Virus record (IMG/VR): IMGVR_UViG_3300037067_015069
Span: 1-64,000 of that record
From: an uncultured virus (IMG/VR IMGVR_UViG_3300037067_015069)
Taxonomy: Duplodnaviria > Heunggongvirae > Uroviricota > Caudoviricetes
Length of the DNA stretch: 64,000 nucleotides
Direction: 5' to 3' (one strand)
Shown: piece after piece, positions 37,601 through 47,196 of the stretch
Layout: each line of letters begins with the position of its first letter
How positions within the stretch are numbered: the first letter of the stretch is position 1
Program-made: the position numbers and the translations under genes
The notes under the pieces: generated by a model
Told to the model about the DNA's origin: nothing
The model's database searches: none
What the model saw: only the letters and a program-made list of their open reading frames with translations

Positions 37601-39688
37601 AATATCTTCTATACGATAAACTCTACTAGAAGAGGTATCCAAATTATACATGGGGGGCTTGAATACGAAATCCCCGTCAACATCTTGATAAAACTCAAAT
37701 CCTGTAACCTCACAAACTTTTTGCGCTATGTCTAATTTAGACTCATAGGTGCTTTCAAATAGCTGAACATTTCCTATCTGCTGCACATTGGATGCAAAAG
37801 CTTGCATTTCAGGCACGCTAATATCAAAATCACCCGTTTGTTCTGCACCATTCTCTTTCAAGTACAAAAGGGAGTCCAACTTCCGTTTTCTAAACAAACC
37901 TAAAGAAACTGCTTGACTTAAAATAGCTGGAACTTGACTTTTTTCCGTCCCAAAACGTTCCCTGAGCAATAAAGTAAACTCATCAGAACTCAGAGTTGAC
38001 AGGAAAGCCGCCTGAGCTGCATTAAACAACTCCCCGGTTGCCCCGTGCAATCTCAGTTTGGTTTCCCTGGTGTTGAATCTACGCTCCCAGTACTTAGCAG
38101 TCAAAGAGTATAGGTCTTCTCCATTCTGACCACTTCTAGCATCCTGATTCGTTTTTTGAGATAGTGCCCAAGCCACCCCATTGGCTGCCCCCACAGTATC
38201 ATAGTGTAGGGCATAAATAATTTCATAAGGGTGCATTCCTGTGAAGTTATGCCCCAGCAAACTCATCCGGTTCCCTGAGTTGAATGGTCGGAGCCCCAAA
38301 AAAGAACCATTAGTAGACATACGATGGTATTGCCAGAAATGCAACATTGAAGAACAGTTTATAGTTGCATGTTGCGTTCCACCGCTATACTGGAAATTAA
38401 CAGAAGTGACTACCCCATGGAAGGTTGGGTAATAAGGATAAGCTAAAATGTCTTCTATGTCGTAGCCAGACAAACCCAATTGGTCTAATGCAGAAGGGGA
38501 GATTTTCAGAGAAGGTTCTGGCGGTCCCTCCAAAGTATCACCCAGAGCTGCCACATTAGATGAAGAAGTTAACGTCATTCCTTCTTCTGGGGTAAAAATC
38601 ATTGGTTGTGTAGGATTCTGGATTGTTGCTAGGGCTGAGGCTTGTGCACTAGATACAGGGGGGTAGTCATCTCCAGGTTGACCCACTGCAGAACGTTTTA
38701 AGTCTGTCCTAGCACGCCCAATTAACCGTGCCCTCGCCTCTGCAGAAGTACCGCTTTCCGTACCGCCTCCTGTCCACCATGCCGCGGCCTCTAAATCTGA
38801 AGCCCCCTTTTTTCCTTTTGCCATTCTTTGGTAAGAGTAAGCTGTGGTCCAAATAGCTAATTTTGGGTCCACTAAATCTGCATGAGCCCACCAAATATCC
38901 CCAGTACCTTTTGATACTTCCTCATTAAATCTGTTACCCATAATCTGGGTAACACCAAAAGCATCACTTTGGGTTGGACCTACATGTGGTCCTACTGGAG
39001 TCGCACTAGATTCCCCTAATACCTGCCCCCAAATCCAAGCAGGATCTACACCTGCTGCTTCTGCTGCCTTTAATGTTATATATCGCATTCTTTCTGTGGA
39101 GTAAGAAGCTTTCAAATTTCCCTTTTCTGCAGCCCACAAAGAATCGAGCTGTTTCCGGTAAGGACCATAGCCTGAAGCTTTTTCTTGCCCTAAAACTTTT
39201 TGTAGATAATTGCCATCTGCATTAGGGCTCCTGACGGTTTCGGGTTCTTGGGCACTAATTTCAAAAGATTCTTCGAACGTAGGTGCTACTGCTTCCCCAA
39301 CAGGGAAACTGTCTGAAGTTTTTATATTTGCATCAATCGTAGGGTCGTCTAAATTAGAGTACAAACCCGACACTGGAAAATAACCACGCTCATAAATATG
39401 TACTTCTAACCCAGGTCGTAAGATGTACCTAGCATCCCTAGCAAAAGAATCTAAATGGTGTACTGGAATCGATAAAGAAAAGGTTGCAGAAGAAGCTCCT
39501 GCATCGGTACCCGCATCTACAGAAACATCTGTAACGAACTGTTGAAAATTAATCCTGCTGTTACATCTTGGGCATCCAGGAAGAGTAACGTCTCCATTAA
39601 TGTAAACAAGACAATCTGGAGCATACTGGATCAGTTTTTTCTGACCCATCTTCCAGCTACCAATATAAGGTCTAGTTTCTAGGCTCAT
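34625..39688 (-). CDS. Baseplate hub (gp27/gpD-like) with inserted SLT-type lytic transglycosylase domain (1687 aa)
   Basis: Hub motifs FEFYQDVDGDFVFKPPMY and ATVNIPGRPEIRPGYPVY...YYCPGFSHSF; SLT motif AAEAAGVDP..IWGQVLGESS...AFGVTQIM...DLVDP. Confidence 0.75.
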   Translation of the reverse strand: MSLETRPYIGSWKMGQKKLIQYAPDCLVYINGDVTLPGCPRCNSRINFQQFVTDVSVDAGTDAGASSATFSLSIPVHHLDSFARDARYILRPGLEVHIYERGYFPVSGLYSNLDDPTIDANIKTSDSFPVGEAVAPTFEESFEISAQEPETVRSPNADGNYLQKVLGQEKASGYGPYRKQLDSLWAAEKGNLKASYSTERMRYITLKAAEAAGVDPAWIWGQVLGESSATPVGPHVGPTQSDAFGVTQIMGNRFNEEVSKGTGDIWWAHADLVDPKLAIWTTAYSYQRMAKGKKGASDLEAAAWWTGGGTESGTSAEARARLIGRARTDLKRSAVGQPGDDYPPVSSAQASALATIQNPTQPMIFTPEEGMTLTSSSNVAALGDTLEGPPEPSLKISPSALDQLGLSGYDIEDILAYPYYPTFHGVVTSVNFQYSGGTQHATINCSSMLHFWQYHRMSTNGSFLGLRPFNSGNRMSLLGHNFTGMHPYEIIYALHYDTVGAANGVAWALSQKTNQDARSGQNGEDLYSLTAKYWERRFNTRETKLRLHGATGELFNAAQAAFLSTLSSDEFTLLLRERFGTEKSQVPAILSQAVSLGLFRKRKLDSLLYLKENGAEQTGDFDISVPEMQAFASNVQQIGNVQLFESTYESKLDIAQKVCEVTGFEFYQDVDGDFVFKPPMYNLDTSSSRVYRIEDIDIISISFDEQEPQATYITGKGSFIENVQGTGIENEWGVQGQYIDYRLVAQYGWRPADFETSYLTDPKAVYYAAVNRLDILNAPSRKATVNIPGRPEIRPGYPVYIPYLDCYYYCPGFSHSFSVGGQCTTTLQLIARRAKFYAPGEVGKSGIEAIHLNYTALPEHPLEVLDEAGRPRLAGFPNVVMALDPTQINPAFLVAGNDIENLNTPEALQSLLSMAVMFGVLKNIPDASGQPSTTYTMAADSQRDITFYLDAKPEGATNAFSLPVLAEKYSQKLGALGTSRNATQAKITELSQQLGQALSVRLQLDKVKDEAQIKAESAIILDLQNQIQKLGAQVTQEEAAFESALTADTSDGLSFLMQLIRRTGAGFYKTRQPGSNVGDPNSTAVILDLLSNKKAIFTNGAIPGSYRYYSASHPNPDQQGMLSLTINTTGSGPKLHYEDSLLEGLYKDQEVDGFTLTPQMYYGSNPPEAQLVKMKPTRGIRVYTSNPDFPNGEILPTSEIKEMSFIPIKTKLKSKKADTKPIVQVSDLGAAFQNAFEQSALAKVGNPSNTSTISEAMRPWMAQASANVQQAAGVAKEVLDSANQTKVPTFSSLTDPTSVKIKDFSFSVTVPIGTTYKFSGSSGIQASFANAQNCRIPSFWKFVSVSYADAVLQQILKSRDLWLARARGNGLKQPQLNKVQSAFNEAISATYTSSGKRGVKEKEAVEAAVLGETSTVVFPVSDAQGYEVVGSLRYGRDVDIDPDGAIDTLHNQDPLSMLDRKTVEDVVKAVIKKEVIYVDQEVPGSNPVRYRRMPLAGAEANTYLEKKMLSSLREHMSDSQIISLDLAKPGKDPNVLEINLSNWFSDKGKEGIHKLPLINAGYSLGDLASTMNKSVCNCKAAEAGILLDVAGQQNFVQFIQPGAATPRVESPNNLDQTTQWLISSAAQASLSWKVSQDAMRGSMPDQQGSFLVPAFQGASDSFAELSRQLEERKRTLLLQVDNLGETE

Positions 39689-41100
39689 CTAGTTAGTCCA
39701 AAAGGTCTAATAGACCTCAGATCTGCAGGGTCTACGGCTCTTCTACCTGCATTTTGTTCTGGCACTATCTGAAATCCAGCACTCCCTCTGCGATCCCCAC
39801 CTAAAGTATCTACCGAAGGTGTTGTGTATCCTGGTGCAAACGGACTCACAGCATTTGCGGGAACTAGACTTTGAAAGGCATCCCCTACTCCTACAGGTCT
39901 TCCCTGAATTGAAACCCCATTCTCACCAACAGAGACTTCAGGTTGGTTATAGGACTGATTTACTATCCCAGCATACCTTGGGTCACTCAAAGAAGGGATA
40001 GGAGATTTCATTGGCTGTACCACATAGGTTGTCTGTGCCGTGTCTATTATCTGGGAAGCTACGAACTCCATTGAAAATTCAATGCCTCCATTTTGAGTGC
40101 TTTCATCGTAGGCGTAGGTAAAGGAATTCATATTTCCATAATACACCCATTGATCGTACCTAATTGATAAAGCCCCAACAAAATGATGAGCATTAGACTT
40201 TCCAACAGTATCATAAATATATCCATTGTTTTTATAGAAATGGAAGGCGTTCATCAAATTCTGCCACGCTATAGAATCTCGTTTGCTGGCAAAACTAACC
40301 CCACGAGCCCCTGATATAAAAGCCCCACATTTTGCAGTTATACTTAATGTAGACTGTTCTTCTCCCCAAGCTTGAAAGATATACCCATTTCGGCTCCGGT
40401 CACTAAATTGCTGAACTTTTGTTCTGGTTATAGACAAGCTGCTTGGGTTAATTAATAAAACTAAAGGAGGGGCGTTCATAATAGCAGAAAGTTGTTGTGC
40501 TATATCTAAAGCAGTATGTATATCTGCAATAGCAGGTTGACCCAACTTAGACCCTTTTGGGTCTACTAAAGTCATATCATTACTGTAGTAAGTTGCAGGT
40601 CCGGAACTATTTTGTGAAACTGTTTGCTGCATCGCCGCTGCAGTATAATTTAGCCCGGTTATCCCAGATTGAGAGATCGCTTTTCTGGAAGCCGCGTACT
40701 TATCTGGATTGCTCGCAGAATTTGTATATAAACCCACACTAATCTGAGACTTTTGTCTACTTTGACTTAAAAATCCTCCATCTTCTCCAAAAACTAAAGG
40801 AGGTTCTATCTGAAGCATAAAAGGGGAAAGATTCCTAAGAAGAGCCTTTGACTGCTCTACTTGGGGAGTTATACTAGGCTCATAGTTAATAGATAGTTCT
40901 GATCCAGTCCTAATTCCTTGATATGCTATAGGCTGGGGGGGAGAAACCACAGATTGCTGCATCATGGTATCTCTGTCTTGACTGTATTTACTAGCATTAG
41001 CAATTGTCGAAAAACTACCAGTCTGAGAGTCTACCAGGGAGTATGTCTGTAATGTTTCTAACGTTACCTTCCCTGAGGATGGAGCAGCTACAGACATCAC
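39685..41100 (-). CDS. Tail tube initiator-like baseplate protein (T4 gp48/gp54-like)
   Basis: LLINPSSLSITRTK...QAWGEE...YYGNMNSFTY...FSMEF tube-fold pattern; paralogous to 41097..41759; between tape measure and hub. Confidence 0.6.
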   Translation of the reverse strand: MMSVAAPSSGKVTLETLQTYSLVDSQTGSFSTIANASKYSQDRDTMMQQSVVSPPQPIAYQGIRTGSELSINYEPSITPQVEQSKALLRNLSPFMLQIEPPLVFGEDGGFLSQSRQKSQISVGLYTNSASNPDKYAASRKAISQSGITGLNYTAAAMQQTVSQNSSGPATYYSNDMTLVDPKGSKLGQPAIADIHTALDIAQQLSAIMNAPPLVLLINPSSLSITRTKVQQFSDRSRNGYIFQAWGEEQSTLSITAKCGAFISGARGVSFASKRDSIAWQNLMNAFHFYKNNGYIYDTVGKSNAHHFVGALSIRYDQWVYYGNMNSFTYAYDESTQNGGIEFSMEFVASQIIDTAQTTYVVQPMKSPIPSLSDPRYAGIVNQSYNQPEVSVGENGVSIQGRPVGVGDAFQSLVPANAVSPFAPGYTTPSVDTLGGDRRGSAGFQIVPEQNAGRRAVDPADLRSIRPFGLTR

Positions 41101-41759
41101 CTACCTCCAAAAATATCATAAGCAGCACTAACACTCCCCCTTCCTGCGGAAATAGGGGACAACCCAGAACGAAATCTTTGAAGCTCTTGGTCTATCAAAA
41201 AACTAGCAGTTAAGTTAAACAGATACGGTTTTTCAGCATCTTCAACTACATTGAAATTACCGAACCAACCTAAATAGACACCCCCATCAAAAGTAATCTT
41301 GACAATCCCTTGAAAAGCAATCTGGCCATTTATATCGAAAACACTTCCATTATTATAAAACAACGCTAATAGGTCTAAGTATTTATCATAAGCTATAGTT
41401 TCTCGTCTAGTGCCACCGGCATCATAAGCCCCAGGACCTCCTGTTATGTTAGACAGCCCTGAAAAAAGCCTTACAAAACCCCCGGTGACCATAGAGAAAT
41501 CTATGCTCCTAACACCTTCCCCCCAATGTTGTTCAACATAACCCCCCTTAGTCTGAATCCGTTCGATGACCTTAGACATGTTTATAGTCATTGACTGCGG
41601 GTTTACATGAAGAACCATCTTTAAATCATCAGGTAGAATACTTGTTTCATGATCCGGAGCCAAAATGTCAAAGACTACAGGTTTTATACCTTTATTGATG
41701 TCAAACTCATCATTAGGAGATTGAAATGCGGATTTGATCATCGGGATAGTCTTTCCCAT
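41097..41759 (-). CDS. Tail tube initiator-like baseplate protein
   Basis: LHVNPQSMTINMSK...EQHWGE...YLGWFGNFNV.EDAEKPY.FNLTASF; immediately downstream of tape measure. Confidence 0.65.
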   Translation of the reverse strand: MGKTIPMIKSAFQSPNDEFDINKGIKPVVFDILAPDHETSILPDDLKMVLHVNPQSMTINMSKVIERIQTKGGYVEQHWGEGVRSIDFSMVTGGFVRLFSGLSNITGGPGAYDAGGTRRETIAYDKYLDLLALFYNNGSVFDINGQIAFQGIVKITFDGGVYLGWFGNFNVVEDAEKPYLFNLTASFLIDQELQRFRSGLSPISAGRGSVSAAYDIFGGR

Positions 41760-41762
41760 AGA

Positions 41763-44672
41763 TTACCTCAGCATTCCAGCTCGTTGAGCTTTTGTGATTG
41801 TGGATAAAATTCCGGGACCGTCATTATACATATGGTAGACGTTTACGGATCCTCCCCCTGCTCGGCCAGCCGCGGCTGAAACTGCACCTCCGGTTTTGGC
41901 ACCTACCATTACATCCCCAGGATCTATTCTTTGAACCTGCATGCTACCATTACCACCTACACGCATCAAGAAATCGTCCGCGGGGGCAGCTCCCGCACCC
42001 AATACCTTTTGCTCAAATAATGTGGGCATAAGTTGAGATTTGACTTCCTCTAAAACTTCTCCCGTGCCCGTAGCCTTAGCCACTCCTGTAAGAATCTTAC
42101 CTGATAAGCCCGTGCTACTCATGATGTCCAGGGCAGCTTCCTCGGATTCTTTTTGAATGTCCTGAATTTTACCAGCACCTAGTTTGGACTTAGAACCAAT
42201 ATGCATTAATTGAGTAGCTCTGGTTTTTGCCCCCTCTATCCAAGATTCCGGAGAGGCTGTATCAGAAACAGAAAGATCCCGATTATAAACCTCTCCCGCT
42301 TTTTCCAAAACTTTTAATTTTTGCTCCATGCTTTGGATTTCTTCAGGAGATCCCCCAGCACGTTTTTTATCAAGCAATTCTGATCTTGCTACGCTAATAT
42401 TTTCTTTTAGTATCTGCAACCCTTTTGTGCTAGCTTGCCGCTCTTCTCTGTTCAAACCCCCAAGAGACAAGGTAGCCCTAATATCCTGAACGGCATCGTT
42501 AATTTCTTTCAGTAGAGCTTCAACCCCTTGTTCTAAAATCTTGGTCATTTCTGTAGTGTTTTCTGCTACGGTTTTTGCAAGATCTAGATCAGTCTTTACC
42601 TTTTCTGGTAAAGCCTTATCTGCAATCGCCAACCCTAATTCAGTAAGATTTTCCCCAACCAAAGCCCCTTTTGTAAAAGATCCTTCTTTTCCCACCAAAG
42701 CCTTATATAATTTACGATCCTCTCCTATCATGATCCCGTACTTATCCTGTAAAACCTCATTTAATGTTTTAATTGCCTCGGGGCCTTCTTGTCTAGCTTC
42801 ACCAACCTGTACTAAAATCCCTTCCAAAAGACCCGCCAAAGTTTGGTACTGTCCGATTTCTTCTGGGGACAGCCCTAAGTTTTCAGCCCCGATGAGCCGG
42901 GCAAAGTCTGTTGGGCTGATATCCCCCACAGTTTTCCCTAAAGGAAGTTGAGTTTCAGATAATCTGGTAAGGGCGGTAGCCATAGGTCCGAAAGCCTGCA
43001 TTGAAGCCTGTAGCCCCCCAACACCACCTGCTCTAATTTGGGAAATAGTCCAAAGCTGCTTAGCTGCCCCTTGTAGGTTTGTCCCAGCTTGACTTAATAC
43101 CTGCTGAGTAGCCCCCATCTGAGCTACCCCCATCCGGAAAAACCGATCAATCAAAGCCTGAGACCCCATACCTTTTGTGATTCCTCGTTTCCCAAGGGAT
43201 TTCCACAAAGATCCGGCCTTATCAGGCTGGTCTTCCGTAAATTTCATTAACTTAGACATAAATTCCGATGCTTGCCGATTTGCCTCCATATTGCCTATGC
43301 GTAATCCTTCACCTTTCCCACTCCCCGCGCCCAACAATAAACTCTTCTTCACCCGTTCTGCAGTACCCATTCCCCCAAAACCCTTGGTCAACGAGGAAAC
43401 GAATGCCTCAGCTTGCTTCGGATTCATAACTCTGCCCAAGGAAGTCATCAGGTTAGCAGCTTCCTCCAACCTGACGTTATACATGGTCATCCCACTAGTT
43501 GCCTGTAGCAACATAGAAAAAAACCGTTTAGTGCCAAAACCGGACTCCTTAGCTACTTCAGAAAGTGCACTGAATTTGTCAGTTACAGCCGAAAGGGTCA
43601 TCCCCAACTCTTCCATGTAGGAACCCATAGCAGAAGAGATCTCAGAAGTAGACATCCCTAATAATTTAGAATAAGTTAACACAGAGCTTAAAGACTCTTT
43701 TAACCTGTCACTTCTTTCTGCTGCTGAGGTAGAGCCTGCTACCATTTCATCGAAAGAAACCCCTGCATCACTAAGAGAATTCAATATTGGGATTAGATCT
43801 TTTGAAGTAGTTCCCCACAATCTATTAAAATCTAAATTGGTAGCAACAGACTGAATGTCGTCTAAACTTGTCGCTAAATCTACCGCCTTTGAGTGGAGAT
43901 CTAAAGCAGCAGTGCCCCCTTCTAAAATAGTTCGATTCAATTCTTTAAATTGAGCATCTGCATCAATTATGATTTTAGCTAAGGCTGCAAAGCCAACTGC
44001 CAAACCCCCTACTGCTGTAATAACAGGTCCTAACTTAGTTAGCATTCCCCCCATGCTGCCCATTATTTTCCCAAGCCCTCCTGTACTAGATTGGGCTTGC
44101 ATTATAGTTCCTATTTTCCCAACTCCTCCCCCGCCACCCTTAATTAGTTCCGCAAGACTTCCAAAATCCTTAGAGGTTGCCTTTTGGTAAATTCCATGAA
44201 CGCCTTGCCCAAAAGCTTCTCCCGCACCTCCCACAGCTCCAGCTCTTTGAACAAAACCTCTTGGCCCGCGGCCCCAACCTAGAGTTTCTCTTGCCTTTTC
44301 TCGTATCTTTAGAGTTTTTAATTGTTCGGATCTTTCTTTCTTAACGGCATTCAAACGATCCCGAGTTTCTTTTTGTAAAGCACGAGCTTTGAACAACTCT
44401 TCATCTCTCAACCCTTTTTTCATAACCGCTACAGAAGCTTCCGCGGCTTCAACCCAGGCTTTTTCCAAAGCTTGCCCGGTTCTGACAAACTCTTGTCTCA
44501 TATATTTAAAATCTGCAGCCTTAAACCCAGTTTTCAAAGCAGTCCTCATCCCTGCGGTCATTTCTCTTGTCAGACCGGTACGCATCTTAAGATACTGCTT
44601 TGCTAAACCAGCTTCCTCGATTTCGGGTCGCACACTTAACCGAAGAATTTGGTCACTAGGTTTTACTGCCAT
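41763..44672 (-). CDS. Tail tape measure protein (969 aa)
   Basis: Ala/Gly/Leu/Met-rich helical sequence with a hydrophobic segment (LGPVITAVGGLAVGFAALAKII); canonical position after tube and chaperones. Confidence 0.75.
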   Translation of the reverse strand: MAVKPSDQILRLSVRPEIEEAGLAKQYLKMRTGLTREMTAGMRTALKTGFKAADFKYMRQEFVRTGQALEKAWVEAAEASVAVMKKGLRDEELFKARALQKETRDRLNAVKKERSEQLKTLKIREKARETLGWGRGPRGFVQRAGAVGGAGEAFGQGVHGIYQKATSKDFGSLAELIKGGGGGVGKIGTIMQAQSSTGGLGKIMGSMGGMLTKLGPVITAVGGLAVGFAALAKIIIDADAQFKELNRTILEGGTAALDLHSKAVDLATSLDDIQSVATNLDFNRLWGTTSKDLIPILNSLSDAGVSFDEMVAGSTSAAERSDRLKESLSSVLTYSKLLGMSTSEISSAMGSYMEELGMTLSAVTDKFSALSEVAKESGFGTKRFFSMLLQATSGMTMYNVRLEEAANLMTSLGRVMNPKQAEAFVSSLTKGFGGMGTAERVKKSLLLGAGSGKGEGLRIGNMEANRQASEFMSKLMKFTEDQPDKAGSLWKSLGKRGITKGMGSQALIDRFFRMGVAQMGATQQVLSQAGTNLQGAAKQLWTISQIRAGGVGGLQASMQAFGPMATALTRLSETQLPLGKTVGDISPTDFARLIGAENLGLSPEEIGQYQTLAGLLEGILVQVGEARQEGPEAIKTLNEVLQDKYGIMIGEDRKLYKALVGKEGSFTKGALVGENLTELGLAIADKALPEKVKTDLDLAKTVAENTTEMTKILEQGVEALLKEINDAVQDIRATLSLGGLNREERQASTKGLQILKENISVARSELLDKKRAGGSPEEIQSMEQKLKVLEKAGEVYNRDLSVSDTASPESWIEGAKTRATQLMHIGSKSKLGAGKIQDIQKESEEAALDIMSSTGLSGKILTGVAKATGTGEVLEEVKSQLMPTLFEQKVLGAGAAPADDFLMRVGGNGSMQVQRIDPGDVMVGAKTGGAVSAAAGRAGGGSVNVYHMYNDGPGILSTITKAQRAGMLR

Positions 44673-44674
44673 AA

Positions 44675-45859
44675 CTACCTCTTCTGATTAGTAAACACCA
44701 CATTTCTTTGAGAAACTTGCTCTGTCAAATCCAAAGGTTGCCTAATATCAAGTTTCCCATCGTCGGCTGCGGCGAGGGCTCCCGAATCGATACCTCCCTC
44801 TCTTAAGTAAGTGTTATAGTATTTCTGTTGATACAACTCCGACTCATCTGAAACTTGTCGTACTCCTGGAGCCATTTTTCGATCTTTAAGTATTTGTGCC
44901 AGCTGTTCCGGAGTATAGCCCACCAAATTAATAGGTCGATCACTATCTTCTTCCTGATGAGCCCGAACCCAAGCAGCCCTACGGGCACGATCCTGTTGTT
45001 CTTGCTCATAACGTTCTGTCAAATCTCGCTTATATTCGAAAACAATCTTATCATGCCAATCTTCTTGACCTGTAACCCAACGAAACATTTCATCTGCTAG
45101 CTCGTCTGCACTCTTACTAGCTGTTATAAGCACGGGCTTATCTTCAGAGTTCTTTTCTGGAGAAATAACCCCCATGCGCACATAATAAAACTTATCCAAA
45201 GACGCCTGCCTACGTTCAACTTCCGTTTGACGCATAGACCGATCTCGCTCATCTATTTTTTTAACCCCTTTGGGTGCCTGCGCAGAAGCTACAAGTTTAA
45301 ACCCTTCCCATTGATTGGACTCCTGAAGTCTAAGATCCTCGGTCTCATTAAAAAATGTCCAAATTCTCTGTACGTTATTGGACCCAATTCTCTCAACCCC
45401 AGGGATACCTGAGTGGGAGCCATAAAAATGCCCACCAAAAGTTTTCCATCTATATCTGGACATATTCTCATAGCAATAAGTCTCTACTGCTTCCAAAGCT
45501 TTAGATTGTCTTTCATACAAACCCATTGCCAACTCAAACAAAATATCCTTGGCTGTTGCAGGGAGGGTTTTTACCATCCTGGCAAGCCGAGGGGTCACAT
45601 TAGGCTCATCTAAAATATTGTAGCCGTCAAGCAGCCAAATAGAGGAAGCTATTGTCCAGACTTTCCATTCATATGCAGTATCTGAAACAATCCTGGAACG
45701 AAGTAAAAAACTATCCCCAGGTCCCAAGCTCCTAAGAGCCAAGGACACCCCGTTTACAGAAAAAGAAATTGAAAGGAACCCAGTATTGATTAACGTTTCA
45801 ACGTCTTCATAAAACCGATGACGTTGCTCTGGAGAAGTTTTGGGTAATACTTGTCCCAT
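44675..45859 (-). CDS. Putative tail assembly chaperone (second)
   Basis: Between tube and tape measure; N-terminus resembles 45867..46997 (SVNGVSLALRSLGP vs YLGDLSVTLRVMTP). Confidence 0.5.
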   Translation of the reverse strand: MGQVLPKTSPEQRHRFYEDVETLINTGFLSISFSVNGVSLALRSLGPGDSFLLRSRIVSDTAYEWKVWTIASSIWLLDGYNILDEPNVTPRLARMVKTLPATAKDILFELAMGLYERQSKALEAVETYCYENMSRYRWKTFGGHFYGSHSGIPGVERIGSNNVQRIWTFFNETEDLRLQESNQWEGFKLVASAQAPKGVKKIDERDRSMRQTEVERRQASLDKFYYVRMGVISPEKNSEDKPVLITASKSADELADEMFRWVTGQEDWHDKIVFEYKRDLTERYEQEQQDRARRAAWVRAHQEEDSDRPINLVGYTPEQLAQILKDRKMAPGVRQVSDESELYQQKYYNTYLREGGIDSGALAAADDGKLDIRQPLDLTEQVSQRNVVFTNQKR

Positions 45860-45866
45860 TTCACTC

Positions 45867-46997
45867 TCACAGTGGCTTTCTGAAATTAGGGTTCCTGGAA
45901 TTTCTATCTGCTACTTGATCTATGACTACTCTCCTTCCCCCAGGCTGTTGTGGTTTTGGGGCTTCAACCTCTTGGGGCGGCAGAATATAACGCCGTACAT
46001 CCCCCACAGAGGCTTCCTCAACTGCCATTTTTAAAGGATTCATCAAAGATTCTTCTGTTTCTAAAGCATCTATATGAGGAGGTCTTCTGCCGCTAACTTT
46101 TGGCGCCGGTTTAACTGCAGATATTTTCCTAGCCTCTAATAACCTTCTATTCTCTGCTTCTATTGCTCGCTGCATATTGTCCGAATCATCAAAATCCACA
46201 AAACTATCAGGTTCTTCCTCGGAAGCAGTTACCATAGGAGGTTTAGTAACCTCCGGTACGGGAATCATTGTGGGTCTAGGAGCCTCTGGTAGCCTACGTT
46301 CTGGTAAGCTTGGGGCTGAGGTCACCTGCGGTATGATCGGCTGCCTGGGAACCGATTTAGCAGGCTTGGCTTTTGTTATATATTCATCTACAGCTTCCTG
46401 ATGTTGCTGTTTTTCAGTTTCATCAGACTTCGCCACTTCTTGGACCATTTGTGAAAAATAACTTGTTTGACTCTTCGTCTGATTTTCCAGCTCTTTCTTT
46501 AACTGATCAATCCTTTTCTCAAGTCTTTCAATTTCAGTTTTTACATCAATAGGGTTGTATTTAAACGAAGCTTCAGCCTGCTGCTCTACTCGGATTCCTA
46601 GATCCGAGTAAGCTCGAACCAAACATGTCCTGATAGAAGAGGTCCATTTAGAAACCAGTTTTCGTAATGCCAAATACTTAGGTTCCTTAATTGGAACCCC
46701 AGTATCTAGCTTATCCCCTGTTTCTACAAAAGAAACAGCCCGTAAATCAAAATCCCCCACCGCAACTACTGCATAAGACAACATTGCCAATTTCATTCTG
46801 TCAATATATTCAGTCGGGTTTCCAGTGCCATCATCATCTAATGCCTGATTAGCATATCGTTGGACTTCGGCTTCTTCTTCTGGAGTCATTACCCTCAAAG
46901 TAACAGAAAGGTCACCTAGGTAAACTGTGGTTTCGCCTTGTCCAATTTGTTCTATGGGAGCGAGAGCTTTTTCAAGTACGTCGAAAGAAATCTGCAT
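45867..46997 (-). CDS. Putative tail assembly chaperone (first) with coiled coil and Pro-rich disordered tail
   Basis: Directly downstream of tube; VTLRVMTPEEEAEV chaperone-like motif; AGGAG RBS. Confidence 0.55.
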   Translation of the reverse strand: MQISFDVLEKALAPIEQIGQGETTVYLGDLSVTLRVMTPEEEAEVQRYANQALDDDGTGNPTEYIDRMKLAMLSYAVVAVGDFDLRAVSFVETGDKLDTGVPIKEPKYLALRKLVSKWTSSIRTCLVRAYSDLGIRVEQQAEASFKYNPIDVKTEIERLEKRIDQLKKELENQTKSQTSYFSQMVQEVAKSDETEKQQHQEAVDEYITKAKPAKSVPRQPIIPQVTSAPSLPERRLPEAPRPTMIPVPEVTKPPMVTASEEEPDSFVDFDDSDNMQRAIEAENRRLLEARKISAVKPAPKVSGRRPPHIDALETEESLMNPLKMAVEEASVGDVRRYILPPQEVEAPKPQQPGGRRVVIDQVADRNSRNPNFRKPL

Positions 46998-47196
46998 GTG
47001 CTGTCTCCTGTTTGGACGGAGGCAGCTAATTCAACAAGAATAGCTCAAGTGGGTAGTTCTTTTTTACAGTTTGTTAGTCTAACCACCCACAAGGGGGGCA
47101 ACAGCTCAAAAAATTTGTCTGTCTGTTGTCCGTGGCTATTCTCGCCAACCGGCCGCCTTATTGTTATATTTTACCACAAGGAACTTATCCTTGGGA

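Noticed and set aside
45859..45900. Lambda G/GT-type programmed frameshift between the two chaperone-like genes
   Set aside because: The genes are separated by 7 nt, the second has its own ATG and GAG-type RBS, and no clear slippery heptamer was seen
2181..46401. Numerous short plus-strand and nested ORFs in the ORF track
   Set aside because: They lie antisense to or inside long structural genes, lack RBSs and read as shadow frames
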